A DNA stretch of 62,017 nt, filler included, from Choristocarpus tenellus KU-1152 (lineage: Eukaryota; Protista; Phaeophyceae): assembly GCA_964200185.2 (NCBI GenBank). It is 10 parts of 10 records of this genome, joined end to end, with 100 filler letters (N's around TTAATTAATTAA, not from the genome) between each part and the next. Parts side by side here need not be neighbours in the genome. Positions count along the whole stretch, not along the records: positions 25,242 to 31,412 come from CAXNAD020008767.1; positions 31,513 to 36,351 come from CAXNAD020012855.1; positions 36,452 to 48,117 come from CAXNAD020002194.1; 7 more parts are not named here. One strand, written 5' to 3'. The notes under the pieces are model-generated. The model was not told where the DNA came from. It did no database searches and saw nothing but the letters and a program-made list of their open reading frames with translations. Shown piece after piece: positions 28,201-40,612 of this stretch. The stretch's first letter is position 1, and each line of letters begins with the position of its first letter. The position numbers and the translations under genes were made by a program.

Positions 28201-28765
28201 TATTTCTGTCCAACCATTGAAGCCCCCCTACCCTTCAGCCATAGGCACGATTCCGTTACGACCCCTTCACTCCAAGTGACAAGGAACCAAAGCATCAAGA
28301 TTTTGATACACCCCCGAACTATGTGGGCAGAACAAACACGATTACTGCTCTGAAGGTACAGTAGTGGCATCTCAACATATTGACAAAATCAGAGACTGGG
28401 GCACTACCCAGCTCAATCCTTGAACCAACACTCCACTAGTCACACATACTCTCCTAGTAGTCACATCAATTCCTCTATTTTCCTTCGTGGCCGTTACCTG
28501 GAACCCCACTCGCATCCCATTTCCATTTCCACCTTCCCCAAAAAAGGGAGCTAAAAAGCAGTCCAGTTGGCATTTGAGCCTGCAGCCTCCGATTTTCTTG
28601 AGATAGTGAGATGCAACCACACTTAGCGGAAGTTGCACAACTACTGCCCTCACGTACACTAAAACCCATCTTGATACTAACATACTACACAGAAATAACA
28701 ATTCACGAACCAATCACGCCACCCACCTACAAACTCTCCCTGAATAAAACCCCACCAACACTCAC

Positions 28766-30937
28766 CAAACATACAAGGCCTTCCTCGCCCTCTCCTTCAT
28801 CGGCCCCCTCCTTTTCCTCCAACTTTGTGGTTGAGTCCCTCTTGCCCACGCCATTCTTCTTCTTCTTCACCCTCCCCGCTGCTCTGTTCGTACCATCACC
28901 CGAAGACCTTTTAGACGTCTTTCTTGGTCGCGGCGATAGAGTTTGCTCTGTTCTGTCCAAGGTCGAGCCTGACACAGCAGTCGACGGGTCTCGTTGCCTG
29001 CTCTTCTTTCCGGCCTTGGCTTGGATTGCACCACCCTTATTCTCTTGCTGTTGAGTCTCCTCGATTTCGTCCTTTTGATTTCAATCAGATACATGGAGAG
29101 CAAAATGCAACGATGTCATTTTTTTCTGTGAATTAGTATGTGTGTGAGTAGTGGAAGCACAATTAGGATGGGGATTAAGGATCTCGAAAGGTGTGAGGTG
29201 AACAGCGCACACCCTCGCCTCCCCAGTACCCAATGCACTAAACCAAGCACATGCTTCGTTTGTACTCATGATGGGGTGCACCTTGATTCGATACTCACTG
29301 TTTATACATTTTGCTGATGCATACACTAGTACTGAGCACTATTCATAGGTCCCTTCCACAGTCCCTCTACGAAGAGTAAACCACATGGTTGTACATCACA
29401 TCTCGGTTGGATTGTATCAAGAGTTCAACTTCACAATCCATCCGCAACGCAACATCGCACAGAGGACATACACTCTAGTTTTAGCTGATGTAGGGATAAA
29501 ATCCAATCAGTATTGGGCACATAGTACAAGGGACAAAGGCTGCAGTAGTACACATAAAATATCCAGGACTCTATCATACCATATTACACAGCCCAAGAGA
29601 TCACTGCCCTCTGAAGTATGGGGGGGGGGAACATGTCTATATATGGCAGTATGGGCTACACTCATTGTACTGCTGTCAGTTGATTCCAAAGTCATATTGC
29701 AATGTTGGTTAAGCAGCAACCAAAATTGAATTCCTGAGGGACTTGATGCCTGTAGCCACAAAGGGTTGTTGTCTGTTTCAATTTTTTTTGTTGCCCGTAA
29801 ACCTTTGGGCACTTTTCAGTCCAGATCTTAGGGTCTGCCAAGTGAAAACAAAAATCTTTCAGAAAATGTATGACTTTTTTGGAGGCCTAGAAATAGAAAA
29901 GGGAAGGGAAGGTCTAGGCGAGATGCAAAAATATTGCAAAGACGCACACCAGGACAACATAACGCTAACACAACATAATACAACAGTTTAATGTTACACA
30001 AACAAACTTTTTTCGGACAACTGAGTGTTCCTGGTAACGGACGCTGCATAGCAATCAGGCTCAATGTGATACGGGTCGAATGTCTAAACGTTCTCAGGTA
30101 ATGCTGGCATTGAGCATCATTGTGTACTAGGTGAATAGATATGAAATCGACATCATTTCTCATTGTCCACTGGAATAGAAGAGTCCCTGACAAGTCGATG
30201 CTATTTGAACAATCTCCACAGAAATTTCCCTAAGACCAGACCCTACGGAACGCATTTCTCCTGGGACAATGTGTACGTAGTAGTGCTCCTCAAAAATCAA
30301 TACTGATCATCGAAGCACTGCATCCCATATGCACGCACCATGATATTATGTACTTCAGCTTTCATCGCCGCCTTTAGCTCCCCCTTCAGTGAGTTCTCGG
30401 GGAGGCCTAGAGCCCCTTCTACAGCTAAGCGTACCTAGTCCCAACAAAACGGAGGTGGATAGGGGGAGAGAGGGGCAACCAGGTAGCACAAGAAAAGAAG
30501 CGGGTTGGATGTGCTCTTTGACTTATGAAGTACCTACTACACGTTCGTGCCATTGTGAATATTCTGCTTCAATTAGATCGATGAAAGAATCTGAGGGATT
30601 GAGGGAATGTGCGTAGATTGAAACTTCATTTACCAAATCAGGAGTGGGAGATGAACCGTTAAGGAAACAAAACGAGTATGTAAGGTACCATGGAAGTGTG
30701 TTTGTGTTTTTTGGGGGGGATGAAAAGGATACTTATAAACATCAATATCCGCGCAATGTAAGATCCACCATCATTCCAACAGGATCGATGAAGTACCCAC
30801 AAACCTGTTTGAAGGTGAGCTGGCTGCGGTCTGGAGCAGCGAGCAAAAAGAGCTCAACCTGGACGTGAAGCTCTTCAGCAGAAGGTATTCTCGACAACGA
30901 CAAAGGATTCGACATCACAATGTTCAATATTTTCGAC
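28766..30937 (-). CDS. Protein with N-terminal DEK_C-like domain and basic/acidic disordered region, partial
   Basis: Exons 30937 (ATG at 30915)-30805, 30434-30339 and 29047-28766 (or 28775) join in phase 0. They give PSAEELHVQVELFLLAAPDRSQLTFKQVRLAVEGALGLPENSLKGELKAAMKAEVHNIM, then a K/R-rich and an E-rich tract. Confidence 0.75.
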
Positions 30938-31185
30938 CTGAAATTTAGGTTACTCGTTCACAGTTGATTGACTGAAGTGTTGGCACAAACGATAGACAAA
31001 CAAGCATTCTTGAAGGTGGAGTTAAAAGATTTGAACCCCGCTCAAATCGCACCCGCACAGAGAAAGGGATAAGACGACATCAAAAGGTGTAGGTAGAAAA
31101 TGTGAAAGGAGGCTGACATGGGGATTCAGGGTTTGATCTGTGTACCTCTTACATGATCCCCAATAAGTACAAAATAGATAGTATT

Positions 31186-31260
31186 TATTATGTCGAATAT
31201 TTTGTAGATGTCAGAAAAATCCCTAAAAAAGTAACAGTTGTCGTAATTGTAAAAGGCATT
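31186..31260 (-). repeat. Family H, degenerate copy
   Basis: ATGTCAGAA...AAAAAGTAACAGTTGTCGTAA.TGT.AAAGGCATT shared with 46800-46850. Confidence 0.65.
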
Positions 31261-31412
31261 AATTTGTTTTGATCACGAATTCTGGATTTTTATTCTATAA
31301 TTACATTCCACCCATTGCCCTCCACCCCATTGTACCACCACTTGTGGCCAAACATGTTAAAGTATCCCCAAAATCAACAAAGAGGGTAAAGGTGATAAAC
31401 CCGGCGAGATTG

Positions 31413-31512
31413 NNNNNNNNNNNNNNNNNNNNNNNNNNNNNNNNNNNNNNNNNNNNTTAATTAATTAANNNNNNNNNNNNNNNNNNNNNNNNNNNNNNNN
31501 NNNNNNNNNNNN
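31413..31512. other. Artificial contig spacer
   Basis: 44 N + TTAATTAATTAA + 44 N. Confidence 0.98.
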
Positions 31513-31570
31513 AAATCGAAAAAAGGGTGAAAAACGAACGCCGACACCCCTCCCCCAGATACTTTGACCC
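31513..31570 (-). mobile_element. Family G terminus with subterminal sequence
   Basis: AAATCGAAAAAAG...GAAAAACG.ACGCC...CCCCCAGATACTTTGACCC aligns with 58750-58809. Confidence 0.75.
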
Positions 31571-31861
31571 TTATATTTTCCCTAATGTGCACGCCCGAGT
31601 GTGTTGAAAAAAAATGCTGTACTACATCTTGTTGACTTCTTCCCCCAATGATTCAAGGTAGTATCTAAGAGGAAAAGAGTTGCATTCAAAATTTGTAATA
31701 TGATTGACTATGACCCATGACCATTTCAATTGGTGAATTATTGCGTTTTGCATATCCCTTTACCCCTCTTATTGCCATGATTAACTCTTATTAAACCAAC
31801 TTCTCTGTAGTTAAGCCACTGTCCCCGAATGCCTTTACACTTTCTTCTGTAACGAACTCAG

Positions 31862-32357
31862 GGAGGGGAAAGTCACCCCTGAAATGTCACAACTCCATCC
31901 AACCCTACACGAGGGGGCACCTTCTGGAAGGTTCAATGCCGCTGTTGCTCTGGTAATTGCAGCACCAGAAATAAGCACTGGTGATCACATGCACCGTACA
32001 ACTAGGGCACTGCTTGTCTTTGGAGGTAGTAATGAGCACCGGCGACTTGGAGACCTGTGGCTTCTTCGGTTAGAGACCGTAGACATACATCTTGAAGAAT
32101 TTGCCAGCAATCTCCGTTCAAGTTTAGAAAGGGATAACTGGGATAGGGCTGAAGCAAAACGAGATGAACACTGCTTGCATATGATTGTGAGGGGAACGTC
32201 AAATATAACATGGCACGAATCATGTCTTGGTAGTGGGGATGGGGATTGCACGATGGAAAAAGTATTGGAGCGGGCTTGGTGCCTTGGTGCATATCAGTCC
32301 ATTGGGTCATTAGTAGAGGGGTACACACCAGCGGATGTTTCATATAGGGATAGTTAA
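31862..32357 (+). CDS. Kelch-repeat protein, terminal exon
   Basis: AG acceptor at 31860-31861, open to TAA at 32357. PSGRFNAAVA...LLVFGGSNEHRRLGDLWLL is a Kelch blade, followed by a Cys-containing tail. Confidence 0.8.
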
Positions 32358-32559
32358 CCTGGCCGCTCATTTCACACAGTACTGTGGTGCGAACAAATCT
32401 ATTTATATCCAGCAGAGAGCCTCACACACAACATTACACTTCAAACTATGTACTATCATTATCATTATTCTCGCAATTGCTGTGGCCTGGACTAGAATTG
32501 CTTGTAGGAAGCTCTACATTTCTTCCTAACAACTGCACTACTTCCAGTGTGTGCCTTGT

Positions 32560-32790
32560 TTCTCGCAAATCAGGTTCATCCTAGTGCTCGTCAATTCCTT
32601 ATCCTCCTTCAAATCTGGTGGGTTCTTACCAAAAACCCTACAATGCAGTTTTGCGAATGAACCAACAGCCACCTGTCAACTCATACGAATTGCTTCCACA
32701 ATACTTACATCTAGCTCACCTCTACTTGTTATGCTCAACTCAGGTACACCAGTTGAGGTTTGTTTGAAGCCATAGTGCTAATAACAACTG
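32560..32790 (-). mobile_element. Degenerate RTE-like LINE fragment (post-RT region)
   Basis: SITSRGELDVSIVEAIRMS*QVAVGSFAKLHCRVFGK resembles IxxxGxLDxEIxxRIxxAxxAFxKLxxxVF. Confidence 0.45.
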
Positions 32791-32870
32791 CTGTGTAGGA
32801 AGGTCTCTTACTGTAACCAAATGGCTCCGATGTTGTGTTCGCTGTGGTATCTTGTATGCTTGTTCTTCCT

Positions 32871-32907
32871 CCCCCTTGATGACATCTGCAAAATGTCAGT
32901 GGGCATT
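32871..32907 (+). repeat. Family H, diverged copy
   Basis: CCCCCTTGATGACATCTGCAAAATGTCAGTGGGCATT. Confidence 0.6.
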
Positions 32908-33681
32908 CAATACAGTGAAGGAGAACTCCTAATGGTGCGAGCAGAGAATAAGCTCCTTATTATGAGAGAAGAGCAGGTACAGTCGTCAACTGTTCTCACT
33001 CCACATCACGGCTGAGGTTGTGCAACCCCTTACTATCATCCTTCCCAGTCTAGTTGATTTCAGGAGTAAAACTTGACTGCAAACTATTCGCCAGTCACCT
33101 GTGCCCTTTCCTTGCTCGGAATGGCGTGAGTGATGTGAGTGTTTCATAGGAGGGGATAATATTGTAGGAGGTTCCCATGCCAACAAACTTTACGTCAATC
33201 AAGGTTTAGACCATGTGCACTTCAGAGTACAACCATCTGTGATATTCGGTGGGTCACAGTAGTGGAAGACCAATTTCACCCAACCTTCATGACTTGGGAT
33301 ACACTATTCATAGCATGTGATACGGTCAATGTGGTGTGCGAGGTGCAAGGTCAGGAAATGAGGAAGGCACCTTCAGAGGAAGAAAGTTCTGTACAAACTG
33401 ATACTTTTTTCTGAGTCATTTTATTTAGGGTTATTTGGGACGCTGTAATGAGTAGCAATTGAGAACGAAAAAAACACACGAAATGGGGAAATCAACAATT
33501 TCGCTTCAAACTTTGCACCAATTTTCAGCCTCAGAGCGCAAAAAACTCGTTTACTTCAAAATTTTGTTCATACAACAATATCATGATATATTCTTAGCTC
33601 CCAAGAAAGTGATGGGAAATAGCCAGACTGCGCCTGGAACATTGGCCAAGTGTGGGGGAGTACCAAAACAAAAAACTGCAA

Positions 33682-34204
33682 GTGAACCAAACCAATTGAG
33701 AGGTAGGTAAGTTTGAACCCTCTTGAATAAATAGGCATCTGCGCTACCCTGTGCAATACACTGTTTCATTACTTTATGTGCACAATAGTGTACGCAAAAT
33801 TGATATTCCCCCTTTCCACACCCAAAGTGACACGACAATTCAACAAAGCTCTTTCTACGATTGTAGAAAGAGCCAAAGTATCATAGAGGGTAGAGCCACG
33901 TCCCGTTTGGGGTCCAAAATCCAGTGTAGCGATTTTGATGTAATTTTGACTATCGTGTTTGTTAGGAATTGTCAATATCCTTGTTCCAGACACACCTTCA
34001 CAACCTACATATTTTACCTACTCCAAAACATTTCAGAGTAGGTAAAACATCATAAAAAAACTGGTGGGAAGTCAAGCCTCAAACGAACAAACAGGACAAA
34101 ACTTGTACCCTCTAAGATACTTCCACTCGAAAATGGAATATTATTGCTCTTTCTCCAGATCCTTAAAATACAATCCTACCTACCTATCATTTGGTTTGGC
34201 TAAA
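33682..34204. mobile_element. MITE-like element (family B, ~260 bp net) hosting a nested family A MITE
   Basis: Imperfect TIRs GTGAACCAAACCAATTGAGAGGTAGG and CCTACCTATCATTTGGTTTGGCT; body aligns with an uninterrupted copy at ~60375-60619. Confidence 0.65.
33870..34128 (-). mobile_element. MITE family A (~260 bp), copy 1
   Basis: TIRs GAGCCAAAGTATCATAGAGGGTA and TACCCTCTAAGATACTTCCACTC. Reverse-complement match to 35862-36121 and 48569-48828. Flanked by GAAA/GAAA. Confidence 0.9.
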
Positions 34205-34459
34205 TTGTTGCTGTCATGCACATGGGAGCCACCCTTGCTAGAATCCGTGTTGTTTGTACAAAGATTATATTTTATTGTTGGTGGGTGTTGAGAAAGTTCA
34301 ATTATTTTATTGATGTTTGGAAAATGTGAAGGAGTTGAGAGATTAAAATATTGCAAGGGATTTCGGACCAAAGAAATACATACAACAATGTTGAACACTC
34401 CATATATCTAATAAGATGTTGAAAAAGATATATTTTTACTCCGGAGTATAGAACGGGTG

Positions 34460-35390
34460 ACCGCCCCAAGCACTCCAGGAGAACGATTAGTAGATCGTGC
34501 CCACCCCAAATGATCTCCACACGACTGAAGTCCTCCAAGACTGCCACCAACTTTAGTTGGCCTGCTGGTGGGCAATGATTGTCGGTCCCCGATGCTGGAT
34601 ACAGTGATGAGGTGGGAAAGTGGAGTGATGTGGGATAGGAAGTGGTGGGGATTGTGGATCAGGGTGGGTCAGTTATGTGGGTTGTACAGCCGGAATGGAC
34701 GATAAAGGAGGTAAGGGCAGGTATCATTGGGCTGGTGTGGGTGTGGGCGGGGTGGTTGGTGATGGTGGAAAAGCAGTAGGAATAGCGACCGTGAGCATCC
34801 TGATCCCACCCGTTGGGCGGGGCGGATGTAGTGATTGAGGTAGTGGCTGTGAGAGTAGGGGCGGACAGGGATAGGGCAGAGGGTAGTGGGTTGGGGTGGC
34901 AGTGTTACTCTGCGTGGTATTCTTGATCAGTGTGGGTAGGTGTCATGTGGTAGGAACACCAGATGCCGCGGGGTGGTGCAGTAGTATGAGGTGTGGGTGG
35001 TGGGGTAATGGTGGCTGGGCGATTGGGGCAGTGGTGTGGATGGTGGCCAGGTTGGTGGCAGTGGTAGCATGGACGGGCTTTTGTGGTGAGGGCGACGCTT
35101 GGTGCTCCATCCAAAGTACGATCAGCCAGGTTGATGTTGCCATTATATGTCGCATGGATTGCTGAGATTAGGGTCTCCATGGAGTATTCCAACTGGAATC
35201 ATACTTGGCTTCAAAAGGCGTCGTAGTCCATGGATAGGCCTGTGAGTAGAGCCGCCTGCAGACGGAAGTCGCTGATGGTTCCCCGAAGTCTTTCAGTTCC
35301 GCCTTGGCATGGTAAAGTCGGAAAGCCACTGATCAGGATCCTCGCCAGGTTCCAACTTACACTGCTCAAACTGGCGATGGACAGCATAAA
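34460..35390 (-). mobile_element. Degenerate Ty1/Copia gag-protease relic
   Basis: Frameshifted KLEPGEDPDQW...LLTGLSMDYDAF, CCHC knuckle CYHCHQPGHHPHHC, WCSYHMTPTHTDQE and protease-like FIVHSGCTTHIT. Confidence 0.85.
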
Positions 35391-35419
35391 TCCGCCATCA
35401 CCATCACCATCACCTCCAC

Positions 35420-36340
35420 ATCTACCTATGTGGAAAACAACGACCACCAGCTTTTTGGCATACTTCTCACCACCTGTTGCGGACGTGCCAAAGACCTCCT
35501 CCATGACTTCCAGCAGCAAAATGAGACCAACCTCAACGATGGCCTCTCCGCTTGGCATGCACTCAAGACCAAGTACAAGGCAGCAACTGAACAATGGACC
35601 CGTGCTGTCCATTGCCAGTTTGAGCAGTGCATGATGGAACCTGGCGAGGATCCTGATCAGTGGAATCGCCCAGTCACCACTACCCCGCCACCCACACCTC
35701 ATACTACTGCACCATCCAGCAGCATCTGGTGGTCCTACCACGAGACACCAACCCACACTGATCAAGAATACTACGCACAGCAAGAACAGCAACATCGTCA
35801 CCCCAACCCACCACCCTCTGCCCTACCCACGTCCACCTCCACTCACACAACAACTACCTCAGAGTGAAAGTATCTTAGAGGGTACGAATTTTACCCTGTT
35901 GTCCGTTTGAGGCTTGGCTTCCCATGGGATTTTTTATGACATTTTCCTACTCCAAAATGGTTTGGAGTAGGCAAAATGTGTACATTATGAAGAGGTGTGC
36001 CCCGAACAAGGATATTTTGACACTTCCTAACAAACACGATAGCCAAAATTACATCAAAATCGCAACATTGGATCTTGGCCCCCAAATGGACACGGCCATA
36101 CCCGCTAAGATACTTTGACTGTCAATCACTACATCCACCCCACCCAACGGGTGGGATCAGGATGCCCACGGTCGCTATTCCTACTGCTTCTCCACCATCA
36201 CCAACCACCCCACTCACACCCACACCAACCCAATGATACCCGCCCTTACCTCCTTTATCGTCAATTCCGGCTGTACAGTCCACATAACCATCCCACATCA
36301 CTCCACTTTCCCATGTTGAACTATCCCACACTGGACCCGC
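35420..36340 (+). mobile_element. Second degenerate Copia gag-protease relic of the same family, inverted, internally deleted, interrupted by a MITE
   Basis: DGLSAWHALKTKY...MEPGEDPDQW is fused directly to NRPVTTTPPP (knuckle deleted), then FIVNSGCTVHIT. Reverse-complement similarity to 34600-35025 and 35330-35390. Confidence 0.85.
35862..36121 (+). mobile_element. MITE family A, copy 2
   Basis: GAGTGAAAGTATCTTAGAGGGTA...TACCCGCTAAGATACTTTGACTG; flanked by TCA/TCA; empty site in the paralogous Copia copy at ~34830-34845. Confidence 0.9.
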
Positions 36341-36351
36341 GGCTTTTAGAT

Positions 36352-36451
36352 NNNNNNNNNNNNNNNNNNNNNNNNNNNNNNNNNNNNNNNNNNNNTTAAT
36401 TAATTAANNNNNNNNNNNNNNNNNNNNNNNNNNNNNNNNNNNNNNNNNNNN
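36352..36451. other. Artificial contig spacer
   Basis: 44 N + TTAATTAATTAA + 44 N. Confidence 0.98.
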
Positions 36452-36550
36452 TGGAAAAAGGAAACGAGGAAAATTATTTATAAGGAAAAAAGAGGGGGGG
36501 GGGGGGGGGGGGGGAGTTTAGTTGGTCATACAGTACAACTACACAACAAT

Positions 36551-36922
36551 TGTTGACAGTACGGGCCGGACCGCAAAAACACTCTTGGAGCTAATTATCA
36601 GGAAGGTGTTTCACCGAACCAGAAAAAAAAAAGAAGGGACGGACAAGGGCGCAGGCTGGTCCCACAAAACGCTCTTTTTTTTTCTGATGGGGGCCCAGGT
36701 CCAGGGCTTTCATCTCTTTTCTTTTGTTTTGCCGGACCGGACCGGACCGGACCATACCAGAACGAACCGGACCGGGGTGAGTACGAACTATCGCAAAAGT
36801 ACACCCGGTTCAACAGGGTCGGTTCAGGGACGCGGCGTACAGAAAATTGAAACGGAACCAGGCCTGGTGAAGGGTGGGTCCTCCCGAGCCCCAGTCCGGT
36901 CTGCAGACCCTGTCAACAGCCC
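36551..36922. mobile_element. Probable non-autonomous DNA element with (CCGGA)n subterminal repeats
   Basis: Inverted ends TGTTGACAG (36551) and CTGTCAACA (36910); internal CCGGACCGGACCGGACCGGACC and related GC-rich pentamers. Confidence 0.5.
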
Positions 36923-37480
36923 GTCTCGTCAAAAGAGATGGTGATGAATATGATCGATGCCACACACGCCTCTCCGAAGGCTGCCGCCACTTCCGATTTG
37001 TAAAAATCGGAAGAAATCTGGGTTTGCCCGAATCAGTTAGAGAGAGGCGACCGATTCGATAAAAAAAAAAAGGGCCCCCCAAAAAAATTGGTATATTTTG
37101 TACTAATAGCTGGAGAGGTTCGTGTCCTGGGACTGTAGGTCGGGCTAGCCCACGGGCACATCGAAGCCAAGACTACAATATCCCCCTCCCCCCCCCAAAA
37201 AAAAAAAACACAAAATAGTATACGTTTTGGAGTGTGTGTGCAAAATCTATATATATATATATACAGGTTGAAAAAGTTGCAATACCTCATAAGAGTCATT
37301 GAGAGATCGAGCGATAAAAAGGGGTGCACTTTCGAAAAAAAGAAAAAACTTCGGAGGGTCTTTCCTACGGCTTGAAGGTGCATGCATCATCATAATTAGG
37401 GCGCTATTTACACATCCGAGAGAAACTCGCTATGCTCAATCCTTTCTGGAATTGAGTGTACAGTTGAAACTCCCTCTGCA

Positions 37481-37545
37481 GCTTACCACCGGGATTTGAA
37501 CCCCTCCAACCACACTACAAAAACCGCACCATTGTACTACATGCA
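37481..37545 (-). repeat. Second tRNA-like relic (A- and B-box-like motifs)
   Basis: Minus strand TAGTACAATGGT ... GGGGTTCAAATCCCGGTGGTAAGC; 3' part resembles 20615-20636. Confidence 0.35.
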
Positions 37546-37612
37546 CCGTGTACGTCCAACCCCCATTAATAACGCACCCCGCCCCCCCACCCAAAAAAAA
37601 TGCTTAACTTAC

Positions 37613-37927
37613 CTGCTGTGCCTCAGGCTCAAGACTTGAAAGCTCAGACGCATCGGAGACCTTGCTACCTTTACCCGGGGGCGGCGGAGGGGCATCAGGA
37701 TTAGTCCCTGCCTGGAAAGGAAGGGAGGAAGCAGCGACCCTTGCGTCCTCTGCCGGATCGATGCCACTGCCCGCCTTTGTAGTTTGGTCTCGCCCCCCCC
37801 CTTCCCCAGCCCCGTCTGCGGGCATGTCGCCCTCAAGTTGGAGGTCCCACACCTTGTCAGACGTTGTAGATGTTGGGAGGGAAATGGGGAATATACAAAG
37901 GGAGCTTGGGGAAAGAGGCGTGTATGT

Positions 37928-37958
<31 letters not shown>

Positions 37959-39257
37959 GTCTAGACGAGGGCTACGACAGGGTTGAGGGACAGGTCAGGA
38001 GTGTAACTGCCTTGATTTCTTGGGAATAATGCAGAACATGCAGCAGCAACAGCTAGCAACTTACTCTGAGCATCCGGTCATGCCTGAATCCCATGGTGAC
38101 CAATGCACCACCTCCCGGCGAGAACACGACACAGCTAATGCCGAACCTGTGCACCCCCACCAGCGCTCTCAGCACGGCCCCAGTAGCAAGGGACCAGACT
38201 GTAACGGAAGGTCTATGGCCCCGCTCCCCTACAGCCAGCATCGAGCCATCTTGGGAGAAGTTGAGGCAGCTAACGGCCTTACCCGCTCGAAAGTACCTTT
38301 TCAACAGATAGGCGTTTGGAGGTAGGGAAGGTTTTCAATAGCGCTACATGAATACTCTCATGGATAGGCTGGCCGTGGAACATGGCATGTGGTTGGTAGT
38401 ACACTTAGCTTGCTTTGATGAATAAATACACCTTGCCAATGTTTAGGGATAATAAACAAAGTGTTAACATCAGCACTAACGGAATGATTTGCGTGTGTCA
38501 CATCGAGTCACTTTAACATGCCGCATCCCTTCCACCATTGTGGCATCACTTTGAAGGTCATGGAGGTGGTTAGGTTTTAGCACTTGACTTGTTTGCAGCA
38601 CCTCCATTGGCTATCTATATAGACACTTACTGTTATGCCTGCAAGTCTCAATCGTGTGATGACAGCAGAGGTTGGGAAAACAAAGACCAGAGCACCAAAC
38701 TGACTCTTGTCTTCCGTGGCATGGTAAGAGGGAGCACATTTTTGTTTTAACAACATTCTAACTCAGCCTATAGCAACAAGACAAAAAGGGAAATAAGATG
38801 AACAGTCTAACATGTTTGAAAACTCACACGGTGCTACTTGCATCCAGATTCAGCACACTTGTAGATCAAACAAGAGGGAGAAAGTGAAGATGAGCTAAGA
38901 TGAGTCAAACTAAAAGTACATTTGCTTATTGCATTGCACAAGGAAGATAGCTTCAGTGTGAGAGTGTTCCCCACGACAGGGGGGGCAGGAGGGGGAATAC
39001 AGAGAGAAATCCTTTGTCCGTAGTTTACATGACCTGACGCACACAATCAAATAATATTACAGCTGCTTTCACCCTTCTCCTCATTGACATATTTCCCCCA
39101 GGAACTGCAATTGGCCTTGCCTATCATGATCTGCTGATTGCACTCACCTAAATTGGCGATTCCGCCTCGGTTGATAGATCACCACCACACACCCAGCAGG
39201 GTAAGCAACATCACCTGTGACAGGGTTCACAGCCAAAGCATTGTTGTGCAAGCACGT
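37613..39257 (-). CDS. WDR62/MAPKBP1-like WD40 protein, N-terminal exons; partial
   Basis: Phase-consistent exons 39257-39148, 38296-38065 and 37852-37613. They read ALAVNPVTGDVAYPAGCVVVIYQPRRNRQFRYFRAGKAVSCLNFSQDGSMLAVGERGHRPSVTVWSL...HRFGISCVVFSP...GFRHDRMLRVWDL, the family's N-terminal signature. Confidence 0.88.
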
Positions 39258-40612
39258 CTTTGGGAGAAGGGGGGGACGGGGCATGGATGCAGAACAGAAA
39301 TCTCAGTGTCATACACAGGTTGAGAACGAAAATGCAGCAGACTTCGACTTAAGATGATGCGATTGGGATCAGGTAGCAACGCAATGTGGCGGCCACTTGC
39401 TATCAAATCAACTTAATTCATATCATCCCCAGAACAACTGCAAAACTTTCACCAACTGCGAAATACGATTGATCCTTGCTGCCCTTGGCGGTGCCCCACG
39501 CTTCTGGGTAACAAATTGTGATACAGGTGTGGGTGGATTGTCGTCGAAGAGTGTGGCTCCTGATTATGAAAGGGAAGGAGTAGAGGAAAGAAAGTGGAAG
39601 AGTCGAAAAAAAAACAGTTTGTGAGTCGCTCTTGCTCTAGATAGGGGTGAGACTTCGACCATGGATGCCTACCCGGTAAGGTACAGTCATCCAATGGCAT
39701 AGAGTGACTTTTTAGTTGGGAATGCAATCTCCACAACGTGAGGCTTGCTGTTGACCTGATGCAGATTCGAATCAAAACAGTTGCCCACTACTGAGAGAAC
39801 AAGTACGGTGATGACGCTTTACACATTCAACCCCGGTCCACTCAAACGTATCCACTCTAAAGTGTGATGGAAGGTCCACAGTTAGAGGGGGTATCGGCAA
39901 GGGATAAACAGCAGTGTCTATAGACTCTTATTGGGACACATTTGGGAGTTGAGAGTAAGGCGTAACCCAGCTCTAATTTCCAGTGCTTGGTGAGCTCACC
40001 TGGCCAATCACTCTGTCCAGGGTCAGCGCTGGTGTAGTGCCCACGTGAGAAGACATGGTGATATAGTTTCAACACGCGCTTCACGCCCGAATGACAATGA
40101 AGGGCTAGCTGACAAACAGTCAAATCCTTTCAGGCCTAGATCCACGACTTCTTGGCCTATAGATTACTCGGGTATAGACCCTGTGCGACCAACTCTCTGG
40201 AGAGAAGCACGTTGGGTATCCATGCGAGCTTGTTCGAAGGCCTACAATATCTCGTCATTAGATTGCAAAGCAACCACCAAGCATAGACTGCACAAGGATC
40301 AAGGTCTCCCTAGGCAGGCGAAGATCTTCTGAAAGCGCCTTAGGTACCAAGGATCGCCACCGTTCACATTCAACATGAAGCAATACTTGGTGTTCAGTCG
40401 TCCTGTTATTGGAAACATGGATCGATTTAAATATTGGAGTTCGTATCATTTTGTGAAGCATGCACAAGTAGTGATCTTCATGTCTACCATCCTCACCATC
40501 ATCAATTGGACAACCCTTGAAAGCACAAGGTTGGTTGAACACGCAACACAAGCGGTCGGTGCTACGCCGTATACGTTGCAATCGCCGAGCAAGTGGGAAG
40601 CCCAGAAATACA

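Noticed and set aside
26300-28400. Possible LINE (RYLG, RPNLDLSVGAW) and pogo/Tc1-like (LLIM...IIHLP) remnants
   Set aside because: Only isolated few-residue resemblances without catalytic motifs; needs a translated search.
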